In this document: positions 1 to 9,185 of the stretch, piece after piece
Layout: each line of letters starts with the position of its first letter
Position numbering within the stretch: the first letter of the stretch is position 1
Origin: a virus
Direction: 5' to 3' (one strand)
DNA length: 64,000 bases
IMG/VR virus record: IMGVR_UViG_3300030493_000012
Program-made: the position numbers and the translations under genes
Notes under the pieces: generated by a model
What the model was told of the DNA's origin: nothing
Databases searched by the model: none
What the model saw: the letters and a program-made list of their open reading frames with translations, nothing else

Positions 1-1750
1 TGACATGTAAACTTGAAACTGGCCCCGGCAAATAGCCACCAGCATAAGCACCGGCGCGTTCAATAGCTGGAATTAAACCGTCGCTTTTTGTTTTAATTAA
101 TTCACCAGTCCTTGTATCTAGTTTTATATTAGACTGCTTAAATCCGGCTATAATTCCCGGCGCTAACAACGCCGCATTTTTTTGAGCAGCAAAAGACCTT
201 TCAACCTGTGCTAGATATTGTTTTTGAACATCTACTAGCGTTATTTTTTTTGAAATTAATTGTTCGGTTAAGTTCTTCTCTTGAGACAAATAATCAACTA
301 AATTCTTTTCAATAGACCTTTGCAAGTCAACCTGTGTAGTTATTCCAGAAACGGTCTTAAACGCTTGAAAAAAGTCAGCGCCAAGGCGAGAGGCAATTCC
401 TTGCAATCCCTTGAAAGCCAAAAACACACCGGGGCCACTCAAAAACTGGCCTATTCCTTCAAGCACTCCTTGGCCTATACTTGCTCCTGTTTCCTCGGCT
501 CTTTTGTCATTGATTGGTTCTAAAATTAAATCATTTACGCTTCCAAGAAGACTTTTAAGAGGTTTAGAAATAGCTGTTCCACCAATATCAGAGCCTAATT
601 GTTTAAAATTAACAAACGTTCTATTTACTAATGCAGATAATGTTTCATTTAGCTCTTTACTACGAACAATAGCTTCATCTGTGGCTGATGTTGATGTTTT
701 TAAGGCGCTGGCGTAAAAAGAATTTTCCTTGCTTAAATCACTTAAATAAGATTTTAAAATGTTAATCTGGAAAACACCACCGACTAATTCTGCTGCTTGA
801 GCCTTTTGAGCGGCACCTAATCTATCGTAAGTTTTAGCGAAATTTTCTAATACTGTTTGAGCCGGAAGGACATTGTTTTGTATGTCTTTTACGGCAACGC
901 CCAAATCTTCCAAAGACTGGATGGTATCAGTACGTTGTAGTCTTGTAAAAATCGTTTTTAACGAGTTACCAATTACAGCGCCACCGCGAGCGGTTGTTTG
1001 TTGCGCGGAAGTAACCAAAGCAATCAATTCATCAATTCCGACGCCTGCATCCTGAGCCGAAGAACCTACGCGACGAATCGCCTCTGCCAAATCTTTTGAC
1101 GAAACCGCGAAAGCAGCGTCAACTTTAGCAAATTTACTGACCAGCATTGTAGAGTCAATAACCTGTTTATTGAAAGAATTTAGAGCCGCCGTAATGCTAT
1201 CAACCGCTGCCGCTGAATCCATTCCAGTTAACTGAACCAAAACCAATGCATCTTTAGTTCTTTTTAATGTCTCTTGAGCAGAAAGACCTTGACGAGCTAA
1301 TTCTGTAGCGGCCTTGGCAACAGCCGAAAATGATTGATTTGTGTTTTTTGCTATGTTAAATAGCTCAACGCCAAAACTTTTCAATCCAGACTTATCGGCG
1401 TTTAAAATGACGTTAATATCTTTTAGTGATTTTTCAACTTCAATAGTTGATTTCACCAACTCTGTCATTGCTCTTTGAACCGAATATAGAGCACCAACTG
1501 AGGCACCGAACGCCAAAACACGCGCATTTGAAGCCTCTAAAGACTTATTAAACTCATTTACAGAAGCGGAAATCCTACCCAATGGCCTTGACATGTTATC
1601 GCCAATAGATAGTTTTTTGAAATTCTTATCTAAATTACCGATGGCACGGTTAGCCTCATTTGCAAATTGGTTTAGCTGTCTCGTACCTTTGGAGGTGTCG
1701 AGAATAACTTCCCATAATACTTGTCCAGCCGCTGCTGTTGATGCTGCCAT
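1..1750 (-). CDS. Tail tape measure protein, N-terminal part (continues beyond window start)
   Basis: Not in the ORF track. ATG at 1750 (MAASTAAAGQVLWEV...); the frame appears open to the window edge. Contains TP901-type TMP core (FSAVAKAATELARQGL...KVDAAFAVSSKDLAEAIRRVGS...GNSLKTIFTRL). Confidence 0.85.
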   Translation of the reverse strand, partial: MAASTAAAGQVLWEVILDTSKGTRQLNQFANEANRAIGNLDKNFKKLSIGDNMSRPLGRISASVNEFNKSLEASNARVLAFGASVGALYSVQRAMTELVKSTIEVEKSLKDINVILNADKSGLKSFGVELFNIAKNTNQSFSAVAKAATELARQGLSAQETLKRTKDALVLVQLTGMDSAAAVDSITAALNSFNKQVIDSTMLVSKFAKVDAAFAVSSKDLAEAIRRVGSSAQDAGVGIDELIALVTSAQQTTARGGAVIGNSLKTIFTRLQRTDTIQSLEDLGVAVKDIQNNVLPAQTVLENFAKTYDRLGAAQKAQAAELVGGVFQINILKSYLSDLSKENSFYASALKTSTSATDEAIVRSKELNETLSALVNRTFVNFKQLGSDIGGTAISKPLKSLLGSVNDLILEPINDKRAEETGASIGQGVLEGIGQFLSGPGVFLAFKGLQGIASRLGADFFQAFKTVSGITTQVDLQRSIEKNLVDYLSQEKNLTEQLISKKITLVDVQKQYLAQVERSFAAQKNAALLAPGIIAGFKQSNIKLDTRTGELIKTKSDGLIPAIERAGAYAGGYLPGPVSSLHV

Positions 1751-1775
1751 AATACCTTACGCCTTTAACTATTAA

Positions 1776-1781
1776 TTACAC
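1776..1781 (-). promoter_or_regulatory. RGTGTAA putative late-promoter motif (representative; all copies listed in findings)
   Basis: GTGTAA 25 nt upstream of the TMP start; the same motif precedes at least 11 late genes. Confidence 0.65.
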
Positions 1782-1787
1782 TAAATA

Positions 1788-2780
1788 CTATCCTTGCATG
1801 GCAATCAAGTCCTTCATTGATAACTTACCTCCCTTTTGCTTGGCTTTCTCAAATAACTGATTAGATTGTTTTAATTCATTACCCATACCAAGCTTTTCGT
1901 AATCAGCCTTACTTGCACCAACCAAAGACACAGCAACACCTTCGGTCGGTTGTTTTTCCATGATTTTTTCAGCATTTCTGGTACTTTCATGCCAATCAAG
2001 CAATTTATCAGGGTCGCCTAAGTAAATTTCTGGTATTTTGTCATGATTTTCGGAAATAATGTTCTTAAACAAGCGCCCGAAGCCAAACAAATCAGCCTGA
2101 AAAATAGTTAAATCAACCACAGGTTTACCATAATAGATGTATGGATTATCCTGACAAAGATAAAAAGAGTTTAAAAACAATGGTATTAGAGCAACTTTCT
2201 TGATGTTTCTTTGGCAAAATAACTCATTAAATTCATTATAGATAGTCACCAAGGCCAAAGTTAACTCGCCATCCAAATCATCATATTCTTCATTATTGTA
2301 AAGCAATTCCGTGGCTTTTTTGTCTTTGAATGTAGAATTACGCAAATAATATTCATTCATCTGTTTGGTGGCGTATAATTCAGCAGTTAAACCAACCAAT
2401 TCATCCTTTTCTGACTCTAATTTCTGGACTTTTTTTGATTGTTCAATAATTTGAGCCTCGACCGCCTCTCTTTGAGAGGGAATTGTCATTTTTGTTTTTG
2501 TAACTCTCAAAGTTGCCACGAAGCGAGCTAATTCATCTAGCTCTTTTTGCTGTTTTGTAGTCCATAATCCTTTTTTGTCTAAATATTCTAATTTGAACTT
2601 TTCAGTTGGTAATTTTTTGCTTACTGCTTTTTCAAAGAATCCATTATAAACATTATCAATATCACAATTATCAATAGGCGTGGCATGTCTAATATAGATT
2701 TCTTTGTCTATTGGCTTAAAATAAAAAGGCGACATCCCTTTCAGAATATCGCCAAATATTCTTTTTAAGTTATCGGCCAT
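1788..2780 (-). CDS. Putative tail assembly chaperone-like protein
   Basis: 330-aa charged helical ORF directly upstream of TMP; function inferred from position only. Confidence 0.5.
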   Translation of the reverse strand: MADNLKRIFGDILKGMSPFYFKPIDKEIYIRHATPIDNCDIDNVYNGFFEKAVSKKLPTEKFKLEYLDKKGLWTTKQQKELDELARFVATLRVTKTKMTIPSQREAVEAQIIEQSKKVQKLESEKDELVGLTAELYATKQMNEYYLRNSTFKDKKATELLYNNEEYDDLDGELTLALVTIYNEFNELFCQRNIKKVALIPLFLNSFYLCQDNPYIYYGKPVVDLTIFQADLFGFGRLFKNIISENHDKIPEIYLGDPDKLLDWHESTRNAEKIMEKQPTEGVAVSLVGASKADYEKLGMGNELKQSNQLFEKAKQKGGKLSMKDLIAMQG

Positions 2781-2782
2781 AC

Positions 2783-3532
2783 TTAAACATCAGTCTTGAA
2801 TAGCTGCAAAACAGCATCGAAATCTTCTTTTGTTACCGCCTTGCCCGAATACCAGAAGCCAGTCAAGAACATAAATCTACGAATAACAGAAACAATAAAA
2901 GAATCCTCTTCTTCTTCAAGTTTGTCATTAGATTTTAGCTTAGCTTCATAGGTCGCGCCATCAAATAAAGGTATTGGCTCGCCATTTTTATCCTTAGCAG
3001 ACAAAAAGAGAGTCCACCAAATAATTGTTTTGTTTTTAGCCCAAACTTCGGCGGTATGCTCAAATAAATCATTATACTCTTTTTCAATTTCGCGCAATTG
3101 GTCATAAACAGCCATAAACTCCTTATTGACAGCCTCATCTGACTCTTTTTCTTCTGGAGTTTTGTCCTCAATAGCTTTTTCGGCTGAACGAATTAGTTTT
3201 TCTTGTAATTCTACAAATTTCTTGTATAAATCATCGCGCTTGTCTTGGTCTTGCTTGGGCAAATAACCGCCCGCTTCTTCGTATCGTTTCATCAATAATT
3301 TCTTTGGCAGAAGACCTTTTTCAATACCTTCCGCGAGCTTAATACCATAGAATAACTCGGCCTCTTCAACCATTGAACGAGTTGGGCGTAATAAATGAAA
3401 AGTATTAGGTACAGATTTTTTGACTTTCTTAGTTGTTTTGATTTCATTACCAGATTCGTCTTTGGTAATTTCAACTTCATCAACCAAATCTTCTTTGTCC
3501 AATGTGAAGGAATATAGGATTTTTTTAGCCAT
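2783..3532 (-). CDS. Conserved-looking hypothetical protein, possible tail chaperone
   Basis: 249 aa, acidic coiled-coil; 2-nt gap to next gene. Confidence 0.5.
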   Translation of the reverse strand: MAKKILYSFTLDKEDLVDEVEITKDESGNEIKTTKKVKKSVPNTFHLLRPTRSMVEEAELFYGIKLAEGIEKGLLPKKLLMKRYEEAGGYLPKQDQDKRDDLYKKFVELQEKLIRSAEKAIEDKTPEEKESDEAVNKEFMAVYDQLREIEKEYNDLFEHTAEVWAKNKTIIWWTLFLSAKDKNGEPIPLFDGATYEAKLKSNDKLEEEEDSFIVSVIRRFMFLTGFWYSGKAVTKEDFDAVLQLFKTDV

Positions 3533-3535
3533 ATT

Positions 3536-3832
3536 TTATTCTTTGTTCTCTAAATTTTTCAGTTCTGCCAGTTTTTGCTCAACAACTTCTTTGAATGATT
3601 TTCCTGTGGATTTCGCCATTCCAAATAATTCATTCGCAAGAGCAAGATTTTGAGAGCCATCAATATTCAATGTTTTGTTTATATTATCTAATTTATTCTT
3701 GATTTCTAATTCAGATAAAAGAAAAGCCTCGATTTCAGCATAAGTCAAGCCTTGAGCCACCAATTCTGGCGCTATTTTAGCCATTTTTTCGCCTATGTTG
3801 TCATCTAATTTATGGAAATCTTTGGCGCTCAT
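3536..3832 (-). CDS. Hypothetical protein
   Basis: 98 aa, coupled to neighbours (TAATG overlap). Confidence 0.6.
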   Translation of the reverse strand: MSAKDFHKLDDNIGEKMAKIAPELVAQGLTYAEIEAFLLSELEIKNKLDNINKTLNIDGSQNLALANELFGMAKSTGKSFKEVVEQKLAELKNLENKE

Positions 3833-4113
3833 TAATTTGTATTTAAATATTTCTTAGTAACAAGACAGCCGCCAGTATAACCAGCGAAGTTATATTCAGT
3901 TTTATGGTTTGTCAAATATTCGGTTATGGGATTTTTACAAATACATGTTGCCGAAGATACGCAAAAAAAATCTTTTTTATCTAAATCTTTTAAACCACGA
4001 AAATATTCAGGCCAAGCTGAGCCTTTCAAAGCAATATTGTCATTAATAGTCTTTTCCCAAGCCAGTGCTTGATTTTCGAGCCAATCATTTAGTTGTCGAA
4101 TTTCGGCGCTCAT
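3832..4113 (-). CDS. Hypothetical protein
   Basis: 93 aa, coupled. Confidence 0.55.
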   Translation of the reverse strand: MSAEIRQLNDWLENQALAWEKTINDNIALKGSAWPEYFRGLKDLDKKDFFCVSSATCICKNPITEYLTNHKTEYNFAGYTGGCLVTKKYLNTN

Positions 4114-4262
4114 TTTTTGTTTATTAATTCACAAATCAATTCTTTGTATATCTTAGCCTTCAAACGGTTGATTCTGTTAATATTTCTTGCTTTATTTTTA
4201 GCTCGGATTTCAGGAGATTTCCAAGGACAACATTCTTGTTCTGTAATTTCGTTATTTTTCAT
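4110..4262 (-). CDS. Small hypothetical protein (50 aa, below track cutoff)
   Basis: MKNNEITEQECCPWKSPEIRAK...; fills the gap and ends in an ATGA overlap with the next gene. Confidence 0.5.
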   Translation of the reverse strand: MKNNEITEQECCPWKSPEIRAKNKARNINRINRLKAKIYKELICELINKK

Positions 4263-4503
4263 AATCTAAACAATTTTCAGTAATTTCGTGCCATTTATTG
4301 GTGTGGACTGGACATTTGTATTTTAAGACTGGATTTACAAAAGCAAGATTGGTTATAGTGATGTAATTAGTTACGAAAACATCATTGGTTTTGGTTATCA
4401 TGCTGTGGTTTTGAGGCTTTTTACCAAGGTTAAGTATAAAAGAAATAGACACAACCAAACTAAGCACAACAAGTATAGAAAGTAATTGTTGGTTTATTTT
4501 CAT
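4252..4503 (-). CDS. Small membrane-anchored protein
   Basis: N-terminal hydrophobic stretch LLSILVVLSLVVSISFIL; CPVH motif. Confidence 0.55.
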   Translation of the reverse strand: MKINQQLLSILVVLSLVVSISFILNLGKKPQNHSMITKTNDVFVTNYITITNLAFVNPVLKYKCPVHTNKWHEITENCLDYEK

Positions 4504-4730
4504 TAATTTTCGGGCTTTAACAAAATATTAACTTTTTCAAAATTGGCCTCGACATCACGATATGAATCATTACTGGAATCCAATATTTTTTTGCGAATTT
4601 GTTTTAGTTTGTCGGGGGGAAATTGATAACCTTCAATTATCAAGTCTTCAAAAATTGACAATGAAACTTTGGCATTAGAAATGAAATGCCTGTTTATGTT
4701 GAACAACAAAATGCCTTTTAATCCTTCCAT
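4503..4730 (-). CDS. Hypothetical protein
   Basis: 75 aa, preceded by GTGTAA at 4764-4769. Confidence 0.6.
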   Translation of the reverse strand: MEGLKGILLFNINRHFISNAKVSLSIFEDLIIEGYQFPPDKLKQIRKKILDSSNDSYRDVEANFEKVNILLKPEN

Positions 4731-4763
4731 AGCCTTTTAAAAACCACCTTTCCTTATAGGAGA

Positions 4764-5531
4764 TTACACTAAAACGGGGGCGTTTTCGGAACTAATTTTC
4801 GGCGGCTCAACCGGCTCATCTTTAACTTTTAATTTAATATCCTCTTTTACCTTAGCTAAATTATCCGCTTTCCACAAAGGGCGAAGATTTTTATAATTAA
4901 AACACTCTTTAAATTCTTCTGGATTTTCGAGCCGGAAACTACAACAAGGCCGAATATGGTCTAAATGGGTCCGGCTCCCGTCTTTGATGTCTTCCCATGT
5001 CATTCCTACAGGCGCGACCGATAAAAGATGGTCTATTAATTCTTTTAATGAGCATCCAAGCATATCAAGAGATTTACATACTTTGTATGTGCTCTTTTGT
5101 TTTATCAATTTTCTAATACGGCTCCGAAGTCTTAACGCCAAAATATATCCTAAATCAGTTTTTCTTCTTTCTTGATGCCTTATACTTCTCCATTCTTTTC
5201 GCTTTTCTTTAGCCTCTGGCGTTTGTCGTCTTTGCTTTACTTTATTCTTATTGCTGTTGTACCAGTTTGTTTGTCTTTGTTTAATATGTTCTGCGTTTTT
5301 TTGATAATATTCTTTACATTTTTCTAGCCTAGACTCTTTGTGTCTTTTATAATCTTCTCTTTTTTCGTTTAGTGTCTTTTCGTGATTTTCATAATATTTA
5401 TCTTTTCTACATTGCTTACAGGTTGGACGATAACCGTCTTTACTCTTTTTTAACAAACCAAACTCCGAGAGTAATTTTACCTGTTTACATTCTCCGCATT
5501 TTTTCTGTGTATTATTTATTAGAGGTTCCAT
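4764..5531 (-). CDS. Free-standing HNH-type endonuclease
   Basis: N-terminal CxxC...CxxC zinc finger; C-terminal HLDHIRPCCSF...CFNYKNLRPLWKADNLAK beta-beta-alpha-metal-like motif. Confidence 0.75.
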   Translation of the reverse strand: MEPLINNTQKKCGECKQVKLLSEFGLLKKSKDGYRPTCKQCRKDKYYENHEKTLNEKREDYKRHKESRLEKCKEYYQKNAEHIKQRQTNWYNSNKNKVKQRRQTPEAKEKRKEWRSIRHQERRKTDLGYILALRLRSRIRKLIKQKSTYKVCKSLDMLGCSLKELIDHLLSVAPVGMTWEDIKDGSRTHLDHIRPCCSFRLENPEEFKECFNYKNLRPLWKADNLAKVKEDIKLKVKDEPVEPPKISSENAPVLV

Positions 5532-5540
5532 AAAGTTAAT

Positions 5541-5563
5541 AAAAAAGCCTCAAAAAGAGGCTT
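5541..5563 (-). terminator. Intrinsic terminator after tail tube gene
   Basis: AAGCCTC-TTTTT-GAGGCTT followed by a T-run on the minus strand. Confidence 0.8.
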
Positions 5564-5578
5564 GTTTTGTGATTATTA

Positions 5579-6730
5579 TTAGTTGACTCCACTCATAAAA
5601 ACGCCGATTTGCGTCTGCTGAGGCCCGCCTACTTGAGTCACGAAGTTCATGCTTACGCTCTTATTACCTTGTAAACTTGAACTAAAGTTTTCGCTCTCCA
5701 AACGAGCGCCACGAAGTTGGAAATAAGCAGCAACGGCGCTGTCATCTCTCGTAACGGTATCTGGGCGGTACAGTCGAACGCCAATGTTGTATTTGCCAGT
5801 ATCCGAGAACAGTTGCACAAGCGAGCCGGTCGCAAACTCCCCAACGTCCGCCGTTATTGACATTGTAGCCTGAACTGGAAACCGTGGTTCGCGGGAAAAT
5901 GGAAACTTTGTTCCTAGTTTGCGGAGTGGGTCACGCGCCAAATCAAAACTAATGGCATAATTCTGTATTTTAACGTCAGTTAAATCTACGCCTGCGTTTC
6001 CACCAAAAGTACCGAAATCAACAACAATATCACCCGGTTTCAATACTGTAATACCAATCTCACTTCCAACCGAGCCAGTTGGATTTGTCAAAGCATGTGG
6101 CAACATGAAAGTGTTGCTCGCGATTGGTGTACCATCAGAAGGATTGATTGCAGGAATCAGACCGCTGGTATAGTTATTGAAATTAACATTAGCCCCTTCA
6201 AAACGAACGGAACAACTGGGAATTCCACCAACCGCGCCCTCTGTGCTATAAGAAGAAATAAAACAATTTCCGAAACCAAGAGTATTTCCGCCGACACTTG
6301 TGGGCGCACCGGCAATCGAAATTGCGTCGTTGCCTTCTGCTACAGTTCTAATAAAATAATTCTTTTCATCAGTTTCTTTAGTCAATAATCCTGATAAACA
6401 ACTTACCATTGTTCCAGAACTAATATGTAATCCTAAAATTCTCTCATTATACAAAGACGCCAATAAATATGAAATATCCAATGAAACAGTAGGCTCATTG
6501 ATTGACTCTTGTGAAATTGCGGCTAACTGGTTGAATTGATTTACATCAGTTCGAGGAATATTAAATCCATAGTTTGCGCTTTGAACACGCAAAAGCTCCT
6601 TGACTAAAGAGCCTGAAATTGGCCCGACAGCACCAGCGCCACCATCACCGGCAGAAAAGTGATACCCAGTTGCAGGAGATGGGCCAACATAGACAGCTTC
6701 AGATTGGTATATTGTGCGATTGCGTGCCAT
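5579..6730 (-). CDS. Major tail (tube) protein
   Basis: 383 aa, beta-rich (LLRVQSANYGFNIPRTDVNQF...PTVSLDISY); lies between head-tail genes and TMP; has own GTGTAA motif and terminator. Confidence 0.7.
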   Translation of the reverse strand: MARNRTIYQSEAVYVGPSPATGYHFSAGDGGAGAVGPISGSLVKELLRVQSANYGFNIPRTDVNQFNQLAAISQESINEPTVSLDISYLLASLYNERILGLHISSGTMVSCLSGLLTKETDEKNYFIRTVAEGNDAISIAGAPTSVGGNTLGFGNCFISSYSTEGAVGGIPSCSVRFEGANVNFNNYTSGLIPAINPSDGTPIASNTFMLPHALTNPTGSVGSEIGITVLKPGDIVVDFGTFGGNAGVDLTDVKIQNYAISFDLARDPLRKLGTKFPFSREPRFPVQATMSITADVGEFATGSLVQLFSDTGKYNIGVRLYRPDTVTRDDSAVAAYFQLRGARLESENFSSSLQGNKSVSMNFVTQVGGPQQTQIGVFMSGVN

Positions 6731-6803
6731 AAATTATTCCTTAATTATTATTGTTACTTAAAATTACACCAAAAACACTCTTTTGATAATTAAAATATCT
6801 ATT

Positions 6804-7661
6804 CTAAAGGCTTCTAGGATACCTGTATTGGCAAATTTCTGTGTCGAAAAATCCTAAATAAATTGGCACTGGAAAGTTGATTGCTCCTAAAAATTGATTT
6901 GTTGAGGCGCTTTTAATGAAAAATGACGTTGAAACATCTTTGGTGGCGGCTAATCCTGTATAATTAAACCCATTAATACCACTAACTAATCCACCCATTG
7001 TATTAAATGGCATTTCATAGTTTTCAATTTTCGGAACATATCTTCTGGCCGTGTCTCTAATCAAAGACTGAACTGAATTTAATTTAAAATCTGAATCAGC
7101 TAAAATTACGCCTCTTAATCTATAATTTGTTTCATCCTGCCCGCCAAAGGCAAAAGGTGTATTTTCGGACTTGCCAAATTTCAAATAAATAGCTGGATAT
7201 ACAGTTTCATTATTGACTAAACCTGTGGGCGAAATTGGAATTTTTGTTTTATTCTGGAATTTTGACTCAATAAGTAAGGTTTCCTCGGTTTTGGAGGTAA
7301 TGTAAATATTAAAATCTTTAATGCTAAAATTACCGCTAACATTAGCTCCAACTGAGCCAGAGAAATATAAACGACCATTTTGATAGTCTATTTCATGAAG
7401 CCCGCTTATATTCTTACTAATTAAGACATTATTTACTGAAACGCCGGTCATTATATTAGCCCCGCTAATGCTTGAGTCAACCACTAACTGAGTATATGGT
7501 AAAGCATAAGTTGTAAAATTCCCGCTTGGCCCCTTAAATATCGTATTAGAAGGATAAAAAACAGACGAAACATTAGAAATAGCCTCGCCTTTTGAACAAA
7601 TAAAATTGTCCAGCCATAAGGCATAACTCGACATTACTGTATTGTCTAATTGAGGCTTCAT
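6804..7661 (-). CDS. Putative tail completion/terminator protein
   Basis: Position; VYPAIYL...FAFGG motif. Confidence 0.5.
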   Translation of the reverse strand: MKPQLDNTVMSSYALWLDNFICSKGEAISNVSSVFYPSNTIFKGPSGNFTTYALPYTQLVVDSSISGANIMTGVSVNNVLISKNISGLHEIDYQNGRLYFSGSVGANVSGNFSIKDFNIYITSKTEETLLIESKFQNKTKIPISPTGLVNNETVYPAIYLKFGKSENTPFAFGGQDETNYRLRGVILADSDFKLNSVQSLIRDTARRYVPKIENYEMPFNTMGGLVSGINGFNYTGLAATKDVSTSFFIKSASTNQFLGAINFPVPIYLGFFDTEICQYRYPRSL

Positions 7662-8278
7662 TCTACATTATCTATCATCTTTAAGGCGGCTCTGAAATCT
7701 TTTAACATTGTTGGCAAATACCTATCTACGCCTTTGTATTGAATACTTTTTATCTCTTTTACAGACTGAACACCTTCTTTCGAATAAGAATTTGGAGTTC
7801 CGAAAATACCTAAATAATAATTTAGCCCGCTAATACCATTTTCAATTGCATAAATCCAACTTCCACTAGCCCACTTTGGCATTGGCGCTGACCTATCAAA
7901 ATCTTTCTTCAATGGTATATTTACACTGAATTTATAGCCGAGCCTGCCTTTTTGTGTTACTGGCAAGTCTTGAGGATTATTTTCAACAAATATTCGCTCT
8001 AATTCTTCTAAAACCGGCGAAATTGCATCATAACCAGCATCGAAACCTATAAAACCAAACAATGTACCATGTGATTTGCCTGATAAGTAGGCGCTTCCTT
8101 CATTATGTTCTTGAAGTTCTTTTGTGACTCCGTGGCTTGAAAATTCGCTAATTAAGTTTTCTCTCAAAAGCTGAACTTTTTCTTTCAAATTCAAAAAAGC
8201 AGAACGCCTAGTAGCAGAAGTGTGTTTTGTTACCGTTTTCTGGAAATTATCAAGGAAAATTCTAGTTTTGACAGCCAT
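7658..8278 (-). CDS. Putative neck/tail completion protein
   Basis: Position in head-tail cluster; 206 aa. Confidence 0.45.
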   Translation of the reverse strand: MAVKTRIFLDNFQKTVTKHTSATRRSAFLNLKEKVQLLRENLISEFSSHGVTKELQEHNEGSAYLSGKSHGTLFGFIGFDAGYDAISPVLEELERIFVENNPQDLPVTQKGRLGYKFSVNIPLKKDFDRSAPMPKWASGSWIYAIENGISGLNYYLGIFGTPNSYSKEGVQSVKEIKSIQYKGVDRYLPTMLKDFRAALKMIDNVE

Positions 8279-8706
8279 TATTTTACCCTTTCTAAGGTAT
8301 AGGCATAAGTTTCCAAGCCTAGGTAATTTCTAATGCCATCGTCACTAATTAAATTAAATAGCTGGCCGTCCACCAGAATATTGACAATTTTACCACCATT
8401 AATGAAATTTCTAGCATCAGCACGAACTTTAATTCTAGTTTTGCCATCAGGAACAGCCACTGGAACATTGCCGTTTTGCCTTAAAGTTTGATTTCCATGA
8501 CTAATTTTAGCTAAAAATCGGCCACTAACATAGTCATAAGTAGTATTTTGAGTTGATTCTCCATAACCTGCATATTGAGAATTATCAACAACTATGGTTT
8601 GAATTGGCTCTTTAAATACAGTAATATATCGGCTATAGGTGTCAAAACCGTTATAAGCAGCACCTGTAGCAGCAGTTATTTGAGTTGAATTTAATAAACT
8701 GGACAT
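8278..8706 (-). CDS. Putative head closure protein
   Basis: 142 aa beta-rich; position. Confidence 0.45.
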   Translation of the reverse strand: MSSLLNSTQITAATGAAYNGFDTYSRYITVFKEPIQTIVVDNSQYAGYGESTQNTTYDYVSGRFLAKISHGNQTLRQNGNVPVAVPDGKTRIKVRADARNFINGGKIVNILVDGQLFNLISDDGIRNYLGLETYAYTLERVK

Positions 8707-9182
8707 TATTCACTGGTTCGAGAGTATTTATTGACAACCATATCAGCCAAAACATCATTTCCTGGTATTGACAATGGAGTTGAGCCTGTTAGTTTGTAGC
8801 CTTGAGTTAATTTGGATAATGCAGAACGCTCATCATCAAGTAATGTTTTAAATGTTTTTGCGACTTCGTTTCTGTTCAAAAATCGAGTTGTGGTATTATC
8901 GTCCGAAATTTCTAAGACAGAATCAAAAGCCTGAGCGCCAAGGCCAGAATTTATTCTTTTTTGATAATAGTAGATTTTGTATAAATGATAAAATACAGAT
9001 TTTTCTTCGTCACTTGGTTCAGGATTTATAGCATAAGTTGTTTCGGAAATTTCAAAATCAGTATGTAGCAAAAGATTGACCTCGCCAACTTTGTTTTTCA
9101 GCCAAGTAATAATAGCAGGAACAGACAAATCCGTGTCCTCTAAATCATCATAAAGTTCTTGAGCTATGTCTGTGGCTGTCAT
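8706..9182 (-). CDS. Putative head-tail adaptor
   Basis: 158 aa helical; position. Confidence 0.45.
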   Translation of the reverse strand: MTATDIAQELYDDLEDTDLSVPAIITWLKNKVGEVNLLLHTDFEISETTYAINPEPSDEEKSVFYHLYKIYYYQKRINSGLGAQAFDSVLEISDDNTTTRFLNRNEVAKTFKTLLDDERSALSKLTQGYKLTGSTPLSIPGNDVLADMVVNKYSRTSE

Positions 9183-9185
9183 AAA

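Noticed and set aside
320-1775. Plus-strand ORFs at 320-1775 and similar antisense ORFs across the late module
   Set aside because: They are shadows of the minus-strand genes (Ser/Phe/Leu-rich mirror composition, no promoters).
2770-2800. Programmed frameshift between the two genes upstream of the tape measure (lambda G/GT-like)
   Set aside because: No clear XXXYYYZ slippery heptamer before the stop, and the second gene has its own ATG 2 nt later.
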